Below are positions 24,289-36,041 of a stretch of DNA of 64,000 nt, one piece after another. The notes below the pieces were generated by a model. It was not told where the DNA came from and did not search any database. It was given only the letters and a program-made list of their open reading frames with translations. The first letter of the stretch is position 1. Each line of letters opens with the position of its first letter. The translations under genes were made by a program, and so were the position numbers. This DNA comes from an uncultured Candidatus Rokubacteria bacterium. GTDB lineage: Bacteria; Methylomirabilota; Methylomirabilia; Rokubacteriales; DASRDR01. The stretch is from NCBI GenBank assembly GCA_963826115.1, contig CAWGVS010000008.1:1-64000 (forward strand), written 5' to 3'.

Positions 24289-25542
24289 TCACCGCTCCCG
24301 GCGGATGCGCGCGCCGAGCGCCGCGAGCTTCTGCTCCATCCTCTCGTACCCGCGGTCGAGGTGGTAGACGCGCGACACCTCGGTCGTCCCGCTCGCCGCC
24401 AGACCCCCGAGCACCAGCGATGCGGACGCGCGGAGGTCCGTCGCCATGACCGGGGCGCCCTGGTAGCGCGGGACGCCGCGAATCACCGCGCGGCTGCCTT
24501 CGATCTCGATCGACGCGCCGAGGCGGCGGAGCTCCGCCGCGTGCTGGAAGCGGTTCTCGAAGATCGTCTCCGTGATCACGCTCGAGCCGTCGGCGAGACC
24601 GAGCAGCGTCATCATCTGGGCCTGCATGTCGGTCGCGAACCCCGGGAACGGGTTGGTCACGACGTCGGTCGGCCGGGGGCGGCCCTCCATCCGGATGCGG
24701 ACGCGGTCGGCGCCGATCTCGAGCCGCGCCCCGATCGCCTCCAGCTTGTCGAGGACGGCGCTCAGGTGGTCCGGCACGAGGTCCCGGACTGTGATGTCGC
24801 CGCCGGTGATGGCTCCGGCCACCAGGAAGGTGCCCGCCTCGACCCGGTCCGGGATGATGCGGTGCCGCGCGCCGCCGAGCTCGGGCACGCCCTCGATCTC
24901 GATCCGCTCGGAGCCCGCGCCGTGGATGCGCGCGCCCATCGCGGTGAGGAGGCGCGCCAGATCGGGGATCTCGGGCTCCCGCGCGGCGTTCTCGAGCACG
25001 GTCGTCCCCTCGGCGAGCGCGGCGGCCATCATGAGGTTCTCGGTCCCCGTGACCGTCACCAGGTCGAAGACGATCCGGGCGCCCTTCAGCCGGGCGGCGC
25101 GCGCCTCCACGTAGCCCTGGGCGAGCGTGACCTCGGCGCCGAGGCGTTCGAGTCCCTTCAGGTGGAGGTCGATCGGCCGCGTCCCGATCGCGCAGCCGCC
25201 GGGCATCGAGACGCGGGCGCGCCCCGCGCGCGCGAGGAGCGGCCCCAGCACGAGGACCGAGGCCCGCATGGTGGAAACCAGCTCGTACGGCGCCTCGAAC
25301 GACCGGAGCGCGGGCGTCCGGGCCACCACGTGCCCGTCCCGCTCCTCGATCTCGGTGCCGAGGCCGGCGAGGAGCGCGCGAATCGTGGTGACGTCGGCCA
25401 GGCGCGGGACGTTCTCGAGCACCACCGGCTCGGCGGAGAGGAGCGAGGCGGCGAGGAGGGGCAGGGCCGCGTTCTTGGCCGCGCTCACGCGGACCTCGCC
25501 CTGGAGCGGGACCCCTCCCTCGATGATCAGCCGCGTCGCCAT
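24289..25542 (-). CDS. murA: UDP-N-acetylglucosamine 1-carboxyvinyltransferase
   Basis: [34 protein letters not shown]. Confidence 0.98.
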   Translation of the reverse strand: MATRLIIEGGVPLQGEVRVSAAKNAALPLLAASLLSAEPVVLENVPRLADVTTIRALLAGLGTEIEERDGHVVARTPALRSFEAPYELVSTMRASVLVLGPLLARAGRARVSMPGGCAIGTRPIDLHLKGLERLGAEVTLAQGYVEARAARLKGARIVFDLVTVTGTENLMMAAALAEGTTVLENAAREPEIPDLARLLTAMGARIHGAGSERIEIEGVPELGGARHRIIPDRVEAGTFLVAGAITGGDITVRDLVPDHLSAVLDKLEAIGARLEIGADRVRIRMEGRPRPTDVVTNPFPGFATDMQAQMMTLLGLADGSSVITETIFENRFQHAAELRRLGASIEIEGSRAVIRGVPRYQGAPVMATDLRASASLVLGGLAASGTTEVSRVYHLDRGYERMEQKLAALGARIRRER

Positions 25543-26430
25543 CTAGCGTCGCCTCGCTTCGAGCACGCGCTCGCATCCCCGGAAGTCGCGGCGCACGACC
25601 GCCGCCCCGTAGCGCCCGTCGGTCTCGACGAGCGCCTCGACCGCCGCACCCTGCTCCTCGCCGATCTCGAGCACCAGCGCGCCTCCGGGTCGGAGCCAGT
25701 CCGGCGCCGCCGCGATGAGCCGGCGGATCACGTCGAGGCCGTCCGCACCCCCGTCGAGTGCGGCGTGCGGCTCCCAGTCCCGCACCTCGACCGGCAAGGT
25801 CGGCAGGACCGGCGTCGCGAGATAGGGCGGGTTGGCCACGACGAGGTCGGCCGCGCGCTCGAGGCCGGCGGCGCCGAGCGGCGCGAAGAGGTCCCCCTCG
25901 AAGATCCGGATCCGCGCGTCGAGGCCCAGCCGCCGAACGTTTACCCGGGCGCACGCCGCGACCGCCGCCCCACGCTCCACTGCCCACGCCGTCCAGTCGG
26001 GCCGCCGCGCGACGAGAGCGCACGCGATCGCGCCCGAGCCCGTGCAGAGCTCGAGCACGGTCGCCGGACCCGGCGGACCGAGGACCAGCGCCCGCTCGAC
26101 GACCAGCTCGGTCTCGGGGCGCGGGATGAAGACCCCCGGCCCGACCGCGAGCGTCACCCCGGCGAACTCCGTCTCTCCCAGGAGGTACTGCAGGGGCTCG
26201 TGCCGGACCCGCCGCGCGAGGAGCGCCTCGACGGCCGCGCGGGCGCCGGGCGGCATCGGCGCCCGATCGTTCGCGTAGAGCCCGAGCCGCGTCGACCCGG
26301 TCGCGCGCGCCATCAAGGCCTCGGCGTCCTGCCGGGCGGTGGCGATGCCCGCCTGGGCGAGCCGCGCGCCCGCGTCGCGGAGCACGGCGCCCACGGTCGG
26401 CCCGGAGCCGGTGACGGCGACCCCGGTCAT
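25543..26430 (-). CDS. prmC: Release factor glutamine methyltransferase
   Basis: [26 protein letters not shown]. Confidence 0.96.
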   Translation of the reverse strand: MTGVAVTGSGPTVGAVLRDAGARLAQAGIATARQDAEALMARATGSTRLGLYANDRAPMPPGARAAVEALLARRVRHEPLQYLLGETEFAGVTLAVGPGVFIPRPETELVVERALVLGPPGPATVLELCTGSGAIACALVARRPDWTAWAVERGAAVAACARVNVRRLGLDARIRIFEGDLFAPLGAAGLERAADLVVANPPYLATPVLPTLPVEVRDWEPHAALDGGADGLDVIRRLIAAAPDWLRPGGALVLEIGEEQGAAVEALVETDGRYGAAVVRRDFRGCERVLEARRR

Positions 26431-27497
26431 GCTTCGAGCGACTGGAGCTGCTCGGTCCGCTCGGCGGCGAGCAGCGCCTCGGCCAGCTCGTCGAGCTCCC
26501 CCTCGAGGACGTCCGGGAGCTGGTGGACCGTCAGCCCGATGCGGTGGTCGGTGACACGGCCCTGGGGGAAGTTGTACGTGCGGATCCGCTCGCTGCGCTC
26601 GCCCGTCCCGACCTGGCTCCGGCGGGCGGCCGCGATCTGCGAGCGCTGCTCCTCCTGGGCCTGCTCGAGGAGCCGGGCGCGGAGCACGCGGAGCGCCTTG
26701 GCCCGGTTCTTGATCTGCGAGCGCTCATCCTGGCAGGTGACGACGAGGCCCGTCGGGAGATGCGTGATGCGCACCGCGGAGTCGGTCGTGTTGACGCCCT
26801 GGCCTCCGGGGCCGGACGACCGGTACACGTCCACCTTGAGGTCCTTGTCGTCGATCTTCACGTCGACGTCCTCCGCCTCGGGCAGCACGGCGACCGTCAC
26901 CGTCGACGTGTGGATGCGCCCCGCGGACTCCGTCGCGGGGACCCGCTGGACGCGGTGCACGCCGCGCTCGAACTTGAGCCGGCTCCAGGCACCCTTGCCC
27001 TGGACGGACAGGATGACCTCCTTGAACCCGCCCTGCCCCGTCGGGTGGCTGTCCAGGAGCTCCAGCTTCAGCCCGTGGCGTTCCGCGTACTTGGTGTACA
27101 TGCGGGCCAGGTCGGCGGCGAAGAGCGCGGCCTCGTCGCCCCCGGCGCCCGCCCGGATCTCGACGAGCACGTTCTTGTCGTCGCGGGCGTCGCGCGGCAG
27201 GAGCATCGTCCGCAGACGCGCCTCGAGGGCCCGCTCGCGGACGCGGAGGTCGTCGAGCTCGAGGGTCGCCAGCTCGCGGAGCTCCGCGTCGTCCTCGCCG
27301 AGAATGTGGTTGGCCTCCTCGATGCGGGCGAGGACGCTCTTGTACTGTCCGAACGCGGTGACGGCGGGCTCGAGCTCCGAGGCCGCCTTGGCGAGGCGCG
27401 CGTACTCCGTGCGTCCGCCGGGCGCGTTGGCGGCCTCGGCCAGGCGGGCGGAGAGCTCCTGGTAGCGGCCCTCGATCTGCCGGAGCTTGTCGAACAT
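26427..27497 (-). CDS. prfA: Peptide chain release factor 1
   Basis: PAT tripeptide, GGQ, RTYNFPQ. Confidence 0.97.
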   Translation of the reverse strand: MFDKLRQIEGRYQELSARLAEAANAPGGRTEYARLAKAASELEPAVTAFGQYKSVLARIEEANHILGEDDAELRELATLELDDLRVRERALEARLRTMLLPRDARDDKNVLVEIRAGAGGDEAALFAADLARMYTKYAERHGLKLELLDSHPTGQGGFKEVILSVQGKGAWSRLKFERGVHRVQRVPATESAGRIHTSTVTVAVLPEAEDVDVKIDDKDLKVDVYRSSGPGGQGVNTTDSAVRITHLPTGLVVTCQDERSQIKNRAKALRVLRARLLEQAQEEQRSQIAAARRSQVGTGERSERIRTYNFPQGRVTDHRIGLTVHQLPDVLEGELDELAEALLAAERTEQLQSLEA

Positions 27498-27549
27498 CTG
27501 CGCTCAGGCCCCCGGGGTGCCCGGGTGCGGCCCGCGCCGAGAGCGGCGG

Positions 27550-27756
27550 CTAGCGCTTCCGGTTGGCGTACTTCTTCTGGAAGCGCTCGACGCGGCCCGC
27601 CGTGTCCACCAGCTTCTGCTTGCCGGTGAAGAACGGGTGGCACTTCGAGCAGATCTCCACCCGGATGTTCGCGCTGGTGGAGCGGGTGTGGATAACCTCG
27701 CCACAGGCGCAGGTGATCGTGGTCTCGACATACTCGGGATGAATGCCGGCCTTCAC
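27550..27756 (-). CDS. rpmE: 50S ribosomal protein L31 (zinc form)
   Basis: [25 protein letters not shown]; GTG 27756 with SD GGAGG. Confidence 0.96.
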   Translation of the reverse strand: MKAGIHPEYVETTITCACGEVIHTRSTSANIRVEICSKCHPFFTGKQKLVDTAGRVERFQKKYANRKR

Positions 27757-27796
27757 GGGAAGTCCTCCCCACATAAGCGAAAATGAGAGCGGACTC

Positions 27797-27825
27797 AGCG
27801 TACCACACGCCGCCGCGCCCCGCAA
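27797..27825 (-). promoter_or_regulatory. Putative sigma70 promoter of the rpmE-prfA-his operon
   Basis: TTGCGG-17 nt-TACGCT with extended TG. Confidence 0.6.
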
Positions 27826-27902
27826 AGGCGCCGCGGTCGCCAGGGGGGCCGTCGGCCCCGCCGGAGCGCCGGGATCGGCGAGGGGCGGGCGGGGCCCGCC
27901 GC

Positions 27903-29315
27903 TCAGCCGAGCGACTGCATCGAGGCCAGGAACTCCTTGTTCGACTTGGTCATGCGGACCTTGTCCACCAGGAGCTCCATCGCCTCGACCGGGTTCAGCT
28001 GCGACAGCGCCTTCCGGAGGAGCCAGAGCCGCTGGAGCTCGTCCCGCTCGATCAGGAGCTCCTCCTTGCGGGTCCCCGACTGCTCGATGTTGATCGTCGG
28101 GAAGATGCGCTTGTCCATGAGGCGCCGGTCGAGATGGACTTCCATGTTGCCGGTGCCCTTGAACTCCTCGAAGATCACGTCGTCCATCCGGCTGCCCGTG
28201 TCGACGATGGCGGTCGCCATGATGGTCAGCGACCCCCCCTCCTCGATGTTGCGGGCGGCCGCGAAGAACCGCCGCGGCCGCTGGAGGGCGTTCGCGTCGA
28301 GACCGCCCGACAGCACCTTGCCCGACGACGGGATGACCGCGTTGTGGGCGCGCGCGAAGCGCGTGATCGAGTCGAGCAGGATCACCACGTCCCGCCGGTG
28401 CTCGACCAGCCGCTTCGCCTTCTCGATCACCATGTCGGCCACCTGGATGTGGCGCTGCGGCGGCTCGTCGAACGTCGAGGAGATGACCTCCCCGCGGACG
28501 CTCCGCTGCATGTCGGTGACCTCTTCCGGCCGCTCGTCGATCAGCAGGACGATGAGGTAGACCTCCGGGTGGTTCTTCGCGATCGCGTTCGCGATCGCCT
28601 GGAGCAGCATCGTCTTGCCCGTGCGGGGGGCGGCGACGATGAGCCCGCGCTGGCCCTTCCCGATCGGCGTCAGGAGGTCCATGACCCGCGTCGACAGGTC
28701 CTCCGGGTTGTACTCCAGCCGGATCCGCTCCATCGGGTAGAGCGGGGTCAGGTTGTCGAAGAGGATCTTGTCCTTCGCCTGCTCGGGCGTCTCGTAGTTG
28801 ATCGCCTCGACCTTCAGCAGGGCGAAGTAGCGCTCGGAATCCTTCGGCGGCCGCACCTGCCCCGAGATCGTGTCGCCGGTACGCAGGTCGAAGCGCCGGA
28901 TCTGGGACGGCGACACGTAGATGTCGTCCGGCCCCGGCAGGTAGTTGTAGTCCGGCGCCCGCAGGAAGCCGAAGCCGTCGGGCAGGACCTCGAGCACGCC
29001 TTCCGCGTAGATCAGGCCGTCACGCTCGGCCTGCGCCTGGAGAATCTTGAAGATGAGCTCCTGCTTGCGGAGCCCGGAGAAGCCCTGGACGCCCAGGTCC
29101 CGCGCGAGCGTGTTGAGATCCGGGATCCCCTTCTCCTTCAGCTCGGTCAGAATCAGCCCGCCCGTGCGCCCGGACGTGCCGACCTCGCTCGGGCTCGGGT
29201 CCGCGGGGATGTCGGGCATGACGACGCGCTCGCGCTCCGGATTCGGGTTCTGGCCGGCGCCGGGTCGACGGGGGAAGCGGTGGCGTTGATGGCGGGGCGG
29301 TGGAGGTGTGCTCAC
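27903..29315 (-). CDS. rho: Transcription termination factor Rho
   Basis: [46 protein letters not shown]. Confidence 0.98.
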   Translation of the reverse strand: MSTPPPPRHQRHRFPRRPGAGQNPNPERERVVMPDIPADPSPSEVGTSGRTGGLILTELKEKGIPDLNTLARDLGVQGFSGLRKQELIFKILQAQAERDGLIYAEGVLEVLPDGFGFLRAPDYNYLPGPDDIYVSPSQIRRFDLRTGDTISGQVRPPKDSERYFALLKVEAINYETPEQAKDKILFDNLTPLYPMERIRLEYNPEDLSTRVMDLLTPIGKGQRGLIVAAPRTGKTMLLQAIANAIAKNHPEVYLIVLLIDERPEEVTDMQRSVRGEVISSTFDEPPQRHIQVADMVIEKAKRLVEHRRDVVILLDSITRFARAHNAVIPSSGKVLSGGLDANALQRPRRFFAAARNIEEGGSLTIMATAIVDTGSRMDDVIFEEFKGTGNMEVHLDRRLMDKRIFPTINIEQSGTRKEELLIERDELQRLWLLRKALSQLNPVEAMELLVDKVRMTKSNKEFLASMQSLG

Positions 29316-29395
29316 GGCTGTGAATCGCTCCTTTGAGGTGCGGTGTGGCGAGGACTGTCAGGGGATCGCGCGCGCGGTAGCGTCACGCTCCGTCA

Positions 29396-29425
29396 TCTAT
29401 AGCACCGGCGGCGGGGCCCTGTCAA
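29396..29425 (-). promoter_or_regulatory. Putative rho promoter
   Basis: TTGACA-18 nt-TATAGA with extended TG. Confidence 0.55.
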
Positions 29426-29456
29426 CCAACGGGCCCCCGGGGTTGTGGCCCTGCCC

Positions 29457-30482
29457 TCACAGGCGGATCGCGATCAGCGCGCGCCGTCGGAGCGTCTCCA
29501 GCCACTCGTCGAACCGCTCCTGCGCCTTCTTCTGGAGCAGGAGGTCCCGCACCTGCTGGCGCGCGTCGGCGAGCTTCTCCGCCGTCAGCTCCTCGCGCTC
29601 GTCGAGCAGGAAGAGGTGGTAGGCGGAGCCCGACTTGATGGGCGCCGTCACCTGGCCCTTCTGGAGCGCCAGGACCGGCCGCTCGAAGGCCGCGTCGAGC
29701 TCCCCGCGGGCCATCCAGCCGAGGTCCCCGCCCGTGGGATCCTTGCCCCGCGTGCGCGCCAGCTCCGCGAAGTCGGCGCCGCCGGCGAGGGCGACCGCGA
29801 TCTCGTCGATCTCCTTTTTCGCGGCGTCCCAGGCGGCCGGCGAGCTCGCCACCTCGACCGTGATGGCCAGGTGGCGCGGGTGGTACTTCAGCCCCGCTTC
29901 GAACTTGTCCCGGTTCTGCGCCAGGTACTGGTCGACCTCGGACTCGGTGACCGTGGAACGGCGCACGACGCGGCGGCTCCGCACCCGCTGGGCGAGAAGC
30001 TGGTCCTTGATCTCGCGGCGGAGGGCTTCCCAGGTCACGCCCTGCGCCAGGAGCTGGGCCTCGAACTTCTCGCGGTCGCCCCCGTTCCGCTTCACGATGT
30101 CGTCGACCGCCGCCCGCAGGTCGTCCTCGCTCACCTCGACCTTGTCGCGCTTGGCCTCCTGGACCTGGAGCCGGTGGTCGACCAGCCGGTTCAGCATGGT
30201 CCGCTCGACGTCGGGCCCCGCCTCGGGCACGTCGCGCCCGTCGCGACGCGAGAGGACGATCGCCTCCTGGAGCTCGGACATCATGATCACGTCGTCGTTG
30301 ACGACGGCCACCACCCGGTCGATCACGGCCTGGCTGTCCTTGATGGGCGGCGTCTCCCCGGACCGCACGAGGACGCCCCCCGCGCCCGCCGGGACGGGCG
30401 GCAACGGTCCCGCGGGCCCCCGGCAGGCGCCAAGCCCGGCCGCCAGGACGAGTCCCGCGAGCGCACGCTGCCGCGCGGTCAT
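29457..30482 (-). CDS. SurA-like parvulin PPIase / chaperone (possible lipoprotein)
   Basis: IDRVVAVVNDDVI, FAELAR, GGDLGW; LGAC lipobox; follows mfd. Confidence 0.88.
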   Translation of the reverse strand: MTARQRALAGLVLAAGLGACRGPAGPLPPVPAGAGGVLVRSGETPPIKDSQAVIDRVVAVVNDDVIMMSELQEAIVLSRRDGRDVPEAGPDVERTMLNRLVDHRLQVQEAKRDKVEVSEDDLRAAVDDIVKRNGGDREKFEAQLLAQGVTWEALRREIKDQLLAQRVRSRRVVRRSTVTESEVDQYLAQNRDKFEAGLKYHPRHLAITVEVASSPAAWDAAKKEIDEIAVALAGGADFAELARTRGKDPTGGDLGWMARGELDAAFERPVLALQKGQVTAPIKSGSAYHLFLLDEREELTAEKLADARQQVRDLLLQKKAQERFDEWLETLRRRALIAIRL

Positions 30483-33400
30483 CGGCGTCCCTCCACGGGT
30501 CCCCGCAGCTCGCCGAGAAGCCGCGTGAGAGCCTGGAACGTCTCGGGCCAGCCGCCACGGGGCAGCGACGCCTCCAGCACGAGCTCCCGCACCGTCCGCA
30601 GCCGCCGGCCGTGGAGCCGCAACAGGTCGATGATCCGCTGGGGCGGCACCGGCGTGCTGGGCGCGAACGTCAGGAGCGCCTGGCCTCCCCGCACCTCGAG
30701 CCGCTCGAGGCGGAGAGCGCGCGCCTCGAGCCGGAGGGCCACGACGTCGAGGAGCCGCGCCGCCGCCTCGGGGAGCGGCCCGAACCGGTCCCGGAGCTCC
30801 CGGTGCGTCTCCTCGATCTCCGCCGACGCTCGGACGCCCGCCAGCCGCTTGTAGAGAGCGAGCCGCTGGGCGGCCTCGCCCACGTAGTCCTCGGGCAGGT
30901 ACGCGGCGGCGTCGACCGTCACGACGGAGTCGACGTCGTCCTCGGGCGGTTCCCCGCGGAGCTCCCGGACGGCCTCCTCCAGGAGCTTCAGGTAAAGGTC
31001 GAAGCCGACCATCTCGATCTGGCCGTGCTGCTGGGCGCCCAGCAGGTTCCCCGACCCCCGGATCTCCATGTCCCGCAGCGCGACCTTGAGCCCCGAGCCG
31101 AGCGCCGTCAGCTCCTGGAGCACCCGCAGCCGCTTCCCCGCCGTCTCGTCGACACGCCCGTCGGCCGGGATCAGAAGGTAGGCGTACGCCTGGAGCCGAT
31201 CGCGCCCCACCCGGCCCCGGAGCTGGTAGAGCTGCGCGAGGCCGAGCCGGTCGGCGCGGTTGATGATGATCGTGTTCGACGCCGGGATGTCGAGCCCCGA
31301 CTCGATGATGGCCGTGGCCACGAGCACATCGTACGCGCCCCCGACGTAATCCAGCATCGTTCGTTCGAGGACCGTCTCGCGGAGCTGCCCATGCGCCATC
31401 GCGACCCGCGCGCGGGGGACGAGCCGCTGGATCAGGCGCACGAGGGCGGGCAGGGACTGGATGCGGTTGTGCACGACGAAGACCTGCCCGCCCCGGCCCA
31501 GCTCCCGCTCGATCGCTTCCTTGATGACCTGGGGGTCGAACCGGCACACGACGGTCTCGACCGCGAGCCGATCGGCCGGAGGCGTCTCGATGACCGAGAG
31601 GTCGCGGATCCCGGCCATCGCCATGGAGAGCGTGCGCGGGATGGGCGTGGCCGTCAGCGTGAGGACGTGGACGGCCTTCCGCAGCTGCTTGAGCCGCTCC
31701 TTGTGCGCCACCCCGAACCGGTGCTCCTCGTCCACCACCAGGAGCCCGAGGCTCCTGAAGGCGACGTCCTTGGAGAGCAGCCGGTGCGTGCCGATGACGA
31801 CGTCGACGGTCCCCGCGGCCAGGCCGGCCAGGACGGCCTTCTGCTGGGCCGGCGGCCGGAAGCGCGAGAGCATCTCCACCCGCACCGGGTAGGGCGCGAA
31901 GCGCTCCCGGAAGGTGGTCCAGTGCTGCTCGGCGAGGATCGTCGTCGGCACGAGCACCGCCACCTGGTGCCCGTCGAGCGCGACCTTGAGGGCCGCCCGC
32001 ATCGCGACCTCGGTCTTCCCGTAGCCCACGTCGCCGCACACGAGCCGGTCCATCGGCTGGCGCCGCTCGAGGTCCGCCTTGATCTGACGGATCGCCGCCA
32101 GCTGGTCCGGCGTCTCCTCGAAGGGGAACGCCGCCTCGAATTCATGCTGCCAGGGCGTGTCGCCGCCGGTCGCGAGGCCTTCCACCACCTGCCGCTCGGC
32201 GTAGAGACGGAGGAGCTCCTGCGCCATCTCGCGGAGGGACGCCCGGACCGACTCCTTGGTCCGCTGCCACGTGGTCGCCCCGAGCTTGTCGAGCCGCGGC
32301 GTGGCGTCGCCGGACCCCGCGTACTTCGTGACCGCGGCCATCCGCTGGACGGGGAGGTACAGGCGCGACCCCTCCGCGTACTCGAGCAAGAGGTAGTCGG
32401 CCGGCTGCCCGTCGACGGCCAGCGTCACGAGCCCCGCGTACCGGCCGATGCCGTGCTCGACGTGGACCACGAGGTCGCCGGGGACCAGGTCGGTGAACGC
32501 GGCGATCGCGGCGCCCCGCTGGTACGTCGGCCGCCGGCGCATCGTGCGCCGGTGCCCGAAGAGCTCGGTCTCCGTCAGGCACACGAGCCCGAGGCCCGGG
32601 CACTCGAACCCGATGTGCGCGCCGCCGACCAGGACCGCGAGCGGCTCCGGCCCGAGGAGGGTGTCGGCGACCGGCGCCTCGTGCTCGAGATCCCGCAGGA
32701 TCTCCTGGAGGCGCTCCGCCGTCTGCGGGTCGGGCCCCAGGAGGCGCACCCGGAAACCCTCGCTCCGCCAGGCCGCCAGCGCGGGCTCGAGCCGCCGGAA
32801 CTGTCCCCGCACCCCCTCGATCGAGCGAGTCTCCAGCCGGAACGCGCCCGGCGCGCCGGTCAGCAAGACACCGCACTCGACGCGTGGCCGGCGACCCAAG
32901 GAGTCGAGCGCGGCGGCGTGCTCGGCCCCCGGGGCGAGGAGCGCGGGGTCGGCGACCGCGACCGGGGCGTCGAGCGGCAGGTAGTCGCCGAGCCGCGCTC
33001 CGTCCTCCGCGCCGCCGGTGAGCATGGGCAGGACGAGGAGCATCGCGACCGCACCCGTCGAGCGTTGCGTGGTCGGATCGAACGTCCGGAGCGACTCGAC
33101 GTCGTCCCCCACCAGCTCGACGCGGACCGGCAGCGCCCCCGCCGGCGAGAAGACGTCGACGATCCCGCCCCGGAGCGCCCACTGCCCGACGCCCGTCACG
33201 GTCTCCACGCGCTCGTAGCCTGCGGTCTGGAGGTGCTCCACCAGCGCGTCCCGGTCGAGCGCGTCGCCCGGCGCGAGCGTGAGCACCTGGCGCCGGAACG
33301 CCGGCGGCGCAGGGAGCGGCGCCTCGAGCCCGCGCGCGGGCACGATCACCCACAGGGGCTCCCCGCGTAGGAGCCGGCCGAGGAGGCCGGCGCGGCCCGC

Positions 33401-33739
33401 ATCCTCCTCGCGCGCGCCGGCGTCCCGCCAGAGCGCGGCGTGGGGCACGGGCATCAGGACGACTTCGCCGGGGGCCTTCCGGCCCACCAGGCCGGCGAAG
33501 GCGCGGAGGTCGTCGAGCGCGCGGTACGCCGTCGGCTCGTCGGCCACGACCACGAGCGCGGAGCGGTCGGGCGGCAAGAGCGCCGCCAGCGCGAGCGCCG
33601 AGGCGGACCCCCACAGACCCTCGAGCGCCACGCGGGCCGTGCCGCCGGCGAGCGCCGCCCGCGCGGCCGACAGGTCGCCCCAGCCGTCCAGCGGGGGCGC
33701 ATCGGTCCGGGCGAGCGTCGCCGTGGCGCCGGCCGTCAT
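30479..33739 (-). CDS. mfd: Transcription-repair coupling factor
   Basis: GDLVVHVEHGIG, CGDVGYGKTEVA, DEEHRFGV, TATPIPRT, QLRGRVGR. Confidence 0.97.
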   Translation of the reverse strand: MTAGATATLARTDAPPLDGWGDLSAARAALAGGTARVALEGLWGSASALALAALLPPDRSALVVVADEPTAYRALDDLRAFAGLVGRKAPGEVVLMPVPHAALWRDAGAREEDAGRAGLLGRLLRGEPLWVIVPARGLEAPLPAPPAFRRQVLTLAPGDALDRDALVEHLQTAGYERVETVTGVGQWALRGGIVDVFSPAGALPVRVELVGDDVESLRTFDPTTQRSTGAVAMLLVLPMLTGGAEDGARLGDYLPLDAPVAVADPALLAPGAEHAAALDSLGRRPRVECGVLLTGAPGAFRLETRSIEGVRGQFRRLEPALAAWRSEGFRVRLLGPDPQTAERLQEILRDLEHEAPVADTLLGPEPLAVLVGGAHIGFECPGLGLVCLTETELFGHRRTMRRRPTYQRGAAIAAFTDLVPGDLVVHVEHGIGRYAGLVTLAVDGQPADYLLLEYAEGSRLYLPVQRMAAVTKYAGSGDATPRLDKLGATTWQRTKESVRASLREMAQELLRLYAERQVVEGLATGGDTPWQHEFEAAFPFEETPDQLAAIRQIKADLERRQPMDRLVCGDVGYGKTEVAMRAALKVALDGHQVAVLVPTTILAEQHWTTFRERFAPYPVRVEMLSRFRPPAQQKAVLAGLAAGTVDVVIGTHRLLSKDVAFRSLGLLVVDEEHRFGVAHKERLKQLRKAVHVLTLTATPIPRTLSMAMAGIRDLSVIETPPADRLAVETVVCRFDPQVIKEAIERELGRGGQVFVVHNRIQSLPALVRLIQRLVPRARVAMAHGQLRETVLERTMLDYVGGAYDVLVATAIIESGLDIPASNTIIINRADRLGLAQLYQLRGRVGRDRLQAYAYLLIPADGRVDETAGKRLRVLQELTALGSGLKVALRDMEIRGSGNLLGAQQHGQIEMVGFDLYLKLLEEAVRELRGEPPEDDVDSVVTVDAAAYLPEDYVGEAAQRLALYKRLAGVRASAEIEETHRELRDRFGPLPEAAARLLDVVALRLEARALRLERLEVRGGQALLTFAPSTPVPPQRIIDLLRLHGRRLRTVRELVLEASLPRGGWPETFQALTRLLGELRGPVEGRR

Positions 33740-34383
33740 CGCGGCCCCTGCCCGAGGTGGAAAGAGAGGTTCTCCAACTCGATCGACAGGTCGACGTTCT
33801 GGAGCCGCACGTCCTTCGGCACCTTGACCCGGCTGGGGGCGAAGTTGAGAATCGCGCGCACCCCCGCCGCAACCAGCCGGTCGGCGACGGTCTGGGCCGC
33901 CTCGGCGGGCACGGCGACGACGCCGATCTGGATCGCCTGGGCCTTCACGACGCGCGGCAACTCGGCGAGCGCTTGAATCGTGAGCCCGTTGACCGCGCGC
34001 CCCACCTTGGCCGGGTCGTCGTCGACGATGGCCGCGATGCGGAACCCCTGATGGGCGAAACCGCGGTAGTGGAAGAGGGCGGAGCCGAGGTTTCCGAAGC
34101 CCACCAGCACGACCCGCCACTCGCGGTCGAGGCCCAGGATGCGCTGGATCTCGAGCCGGAGGTTCGTGGTGTCGTAGCCGATCCCTCGGATACCGAACTC
34201 GCCGAAGTAGGCCAGGTCCTTCCGGACCTGGGCCGAGTTCAGGTGGAACCGCGCCGCGAGCTCCTGCGAGGAGATCGTCTTGACGCCGTCCTCCTCGAGC
34301 TGCGCCAGGCAGCGGAAGTAGACAGAGAGGCGGCGCACGGTCATCTCCGGGATGCGGGGCAGGCGACCTCCGGAACGCGGCAT
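33736..34383 (-). CDS. rex: Redox-sensing transcriptional repressor Rex
   Basis: TVRRLSVY, QVRKDLAYFGEFG.RGIGY, VGFGNLG, ILNFAP. Confidence 0.96.
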   Translation of the reverse strand: MPRSGGRLPRIPEMTVRRLSVYFRCLAQLEEDGVKTISSQELAARFHLNSAQVRKDLAYFGEFGIRGIGYDTTNLRLEIQRILGLDREWRVVLVGFGNLGSALFHYRGFAHQGFRIAAIVDDDPAKVGRAVNGLTIQALAELPRVVKAQAIQIGVVAVPAEAAQTVADRLVAAGVRAILNFAPSRVKVPKDVRLQNVDLSIELENLSFHLGQGPR

Positions 34384-34442
34384 GCGCGATGCCACGGCCG
34401 CCCGGGCGGACGGCGCGCGCCGCCCGCCCGGGCTGACCGCTT

Positions 34443-34766
34443 TTACTTGAAGGGGTTTGCGAAGAGCAGGATGATCGCGATGACCAGCGTGTAGATCGCG
34501 AGCGACTCGATGAGCGCCAGACCGATGATCATCGCGGTCTGGATCCGGGCCGCCGCGCCAGGCTGGCGCGCCATGCCCTCCAGTGCCGCGGCGATCGCCT
34601 TCGCCTGACCGAGCCCGCAAAGCCCGGCGGCCAGGGCCATGCCCATGCCCGCCGCGATGACCGTGAACGGCCCGACCCAGGATCCCGTCGCCGCCGCGTC
34701 CGCCGCGTAGGCAACCCCCTCGGCGAGGCTCAGGGACAGCCCCAGAAGCACCAGAGCGATACGCAC
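34443..34766 (-). CDS. atpE: F0 ATP synthase subunit c
   Basis: ARQP loop, LIESLAIY; GTG 34766 with SD GGAGGAG. Confidence 0.95.
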   Translation of the reverse strand: MRIALVLLGLSLSLAEGVAYAADAAATGSWVGPFTVIAAGMGMALAAGLCGLGQAKAIAAALEGMARQPGAAARIQTAMIIGLALIESLAIYTLVIAIILLFANPFK

Positions 34767-34827
34767 CTTCTCTCCTCCTTCCCCGTCCCGCCCGGGCCCC
34801 CGGGCCGTGTTGGCGGCGGGGGCGGTG

Positions 34828-35658
34828 TTAGTGATGGGCGGGTGCCGCGGCCTCCGGGCCGCCATGACCCGCGTGCTCGCCGTGGCCCCCCGGGGCTCCG
34901 TGCCCGGCCTCCGAGCCGTGCTCGGCCTCGAGGGCGCCCGCGATGTAGAGCATCGACAGCATGCAGAAGATGAACGCCTGCAGGAACGCCACCAGGAGCT
35001 TCAGCGGGAACAGGAAGCCGACCGTGAACAGGATCGTCGCGATCGTCCCGATCCCGCCGATCACGAGCCCCAGCACGCCCGCGGCGCCCGAGAGCGCCCA
35101 GGTCGACAGTCCCACCGTCATGAAGAAGACGATCGACAACAGGATGTGGCCGCCGAGCATGTTGCCGAAGAGGCGCAGCGTCAGCGACAGCGGCCGCGCC
35201 AGATGGCTGATCAGCTCGATCGGCACCATGAGCGGGGCCAGCGCCGGCATCGGCCCCGCGAAGTGCTTCAGATACGCGCCCAGCCCGTGCGCGCGGATCC
35301 CGATCCAGTGGTAGGAGAAGAACACCACGAGGGCGCACGCCAGGTTCGTGTTCACGTTGTCGGTCGGCGCCGTGAACCCGGGCACCAGGCCGAGCAGGTT
35401 GCACGCGAAGATGAACAGGCCGAGCGTGGCGATCAGCGGCAGGAAACGCCGCCCTTCCTTGCCGATCACGTCGTCGATCAGCGCGAGGACGAACTCGAGG
35501 GCCGCCTCCGCCGCGTTCTGGACGCCGCGCGGCACCAGCGCCGGGCGCCGCGGGATCAGGGACGCGACGAGGATCAGGAGCGCCATCACGAGCCACCCGA
35601 AGACGACGTGGTGCGGGAGGCCGAACGTGTTGAAGACCGGCGGCTCGAGTGCGTGCAC
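34828..35658 (-). CDS. atpB: F0 ATP synthase subunit a
   Basis: [29 protein letters not shown]. Confidence 0.95.
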   Translation of the reverse strand: MHALEPPVFNTFGLPHHVVFGWLVMALLILVASLIPRRPALVPRGVQNAAEAALEFVLALIDDVIGKEGRRFLPLIATLGLFIFACNLLGLVPGFTAPTDNVNTNLACALVVFFSYHWIGIRAHGLGAYLKHFAGPMPALAPLMVPIELISHLARPLSLTLRLFGNMLGGHILLSIVFFMTVGLSTWALSGAAGVLGLVIGGIGTIATILFTVGFLFPLKLLVAFLQAFIFCMLSMLYIAGALEAEHGSEAGHGAPGGHGEHAGHGGPEAAAPAHH

Positions 35659-35669
35659 CGGGCGCCTCC

Positions 35670-36041
35670 TCAGGCGGTCCGCGCGGCCCGGAGGCCCGCC
35701 AGGACGACGGCCACCGGGACGAGGGTCAGAGACAGGCAGAGCCCGGCGAGCCCGACGCTGGTCTGGGTCACCAGGAGGCCCGCCAGGAGCCCGACCAGAC
35801 CCAGCCGGAGCCCGCTGGCCCCGACCCAGACCGGGCGCGACGCCGTCCCGCCCGACAGGGCCCACTCCGCGGCCCAGGCGAGCCCGCCGAAGTTCAGCAG
35901 CATGAGCCCGCTCCCGAGGAGGACACCGAGGGCGTCGGCCGGCCCCCGCAGGAGCCCGCACAGCGCCGCGAGCCCGAGCGTCAACCCGCCGGCGACGAGC
36001 CAGACCGCGCGGGTCAGCTCACTCGGCGCGATCACGGTCAC
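35670..36041 (-). CDS. atpI: ATP synthase subunit I (membrane accessory)
   Basis: About 4 TM helices with LLNF motif, directly upstream of atpB; SD GAGGAGG. Confidence 0.7.
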   Translation of the reverse strand: MTVIAPSELTRAVWLVAGGLTLGLAALCGLLRGPADALGVLLGSGLMLLNFGGLAWAAEWALSGGTASRPVWVGASGLRLGLVGLLAGLLVTQTSVGLAGLCLSLTLVPVAVVLAGLRAARTA

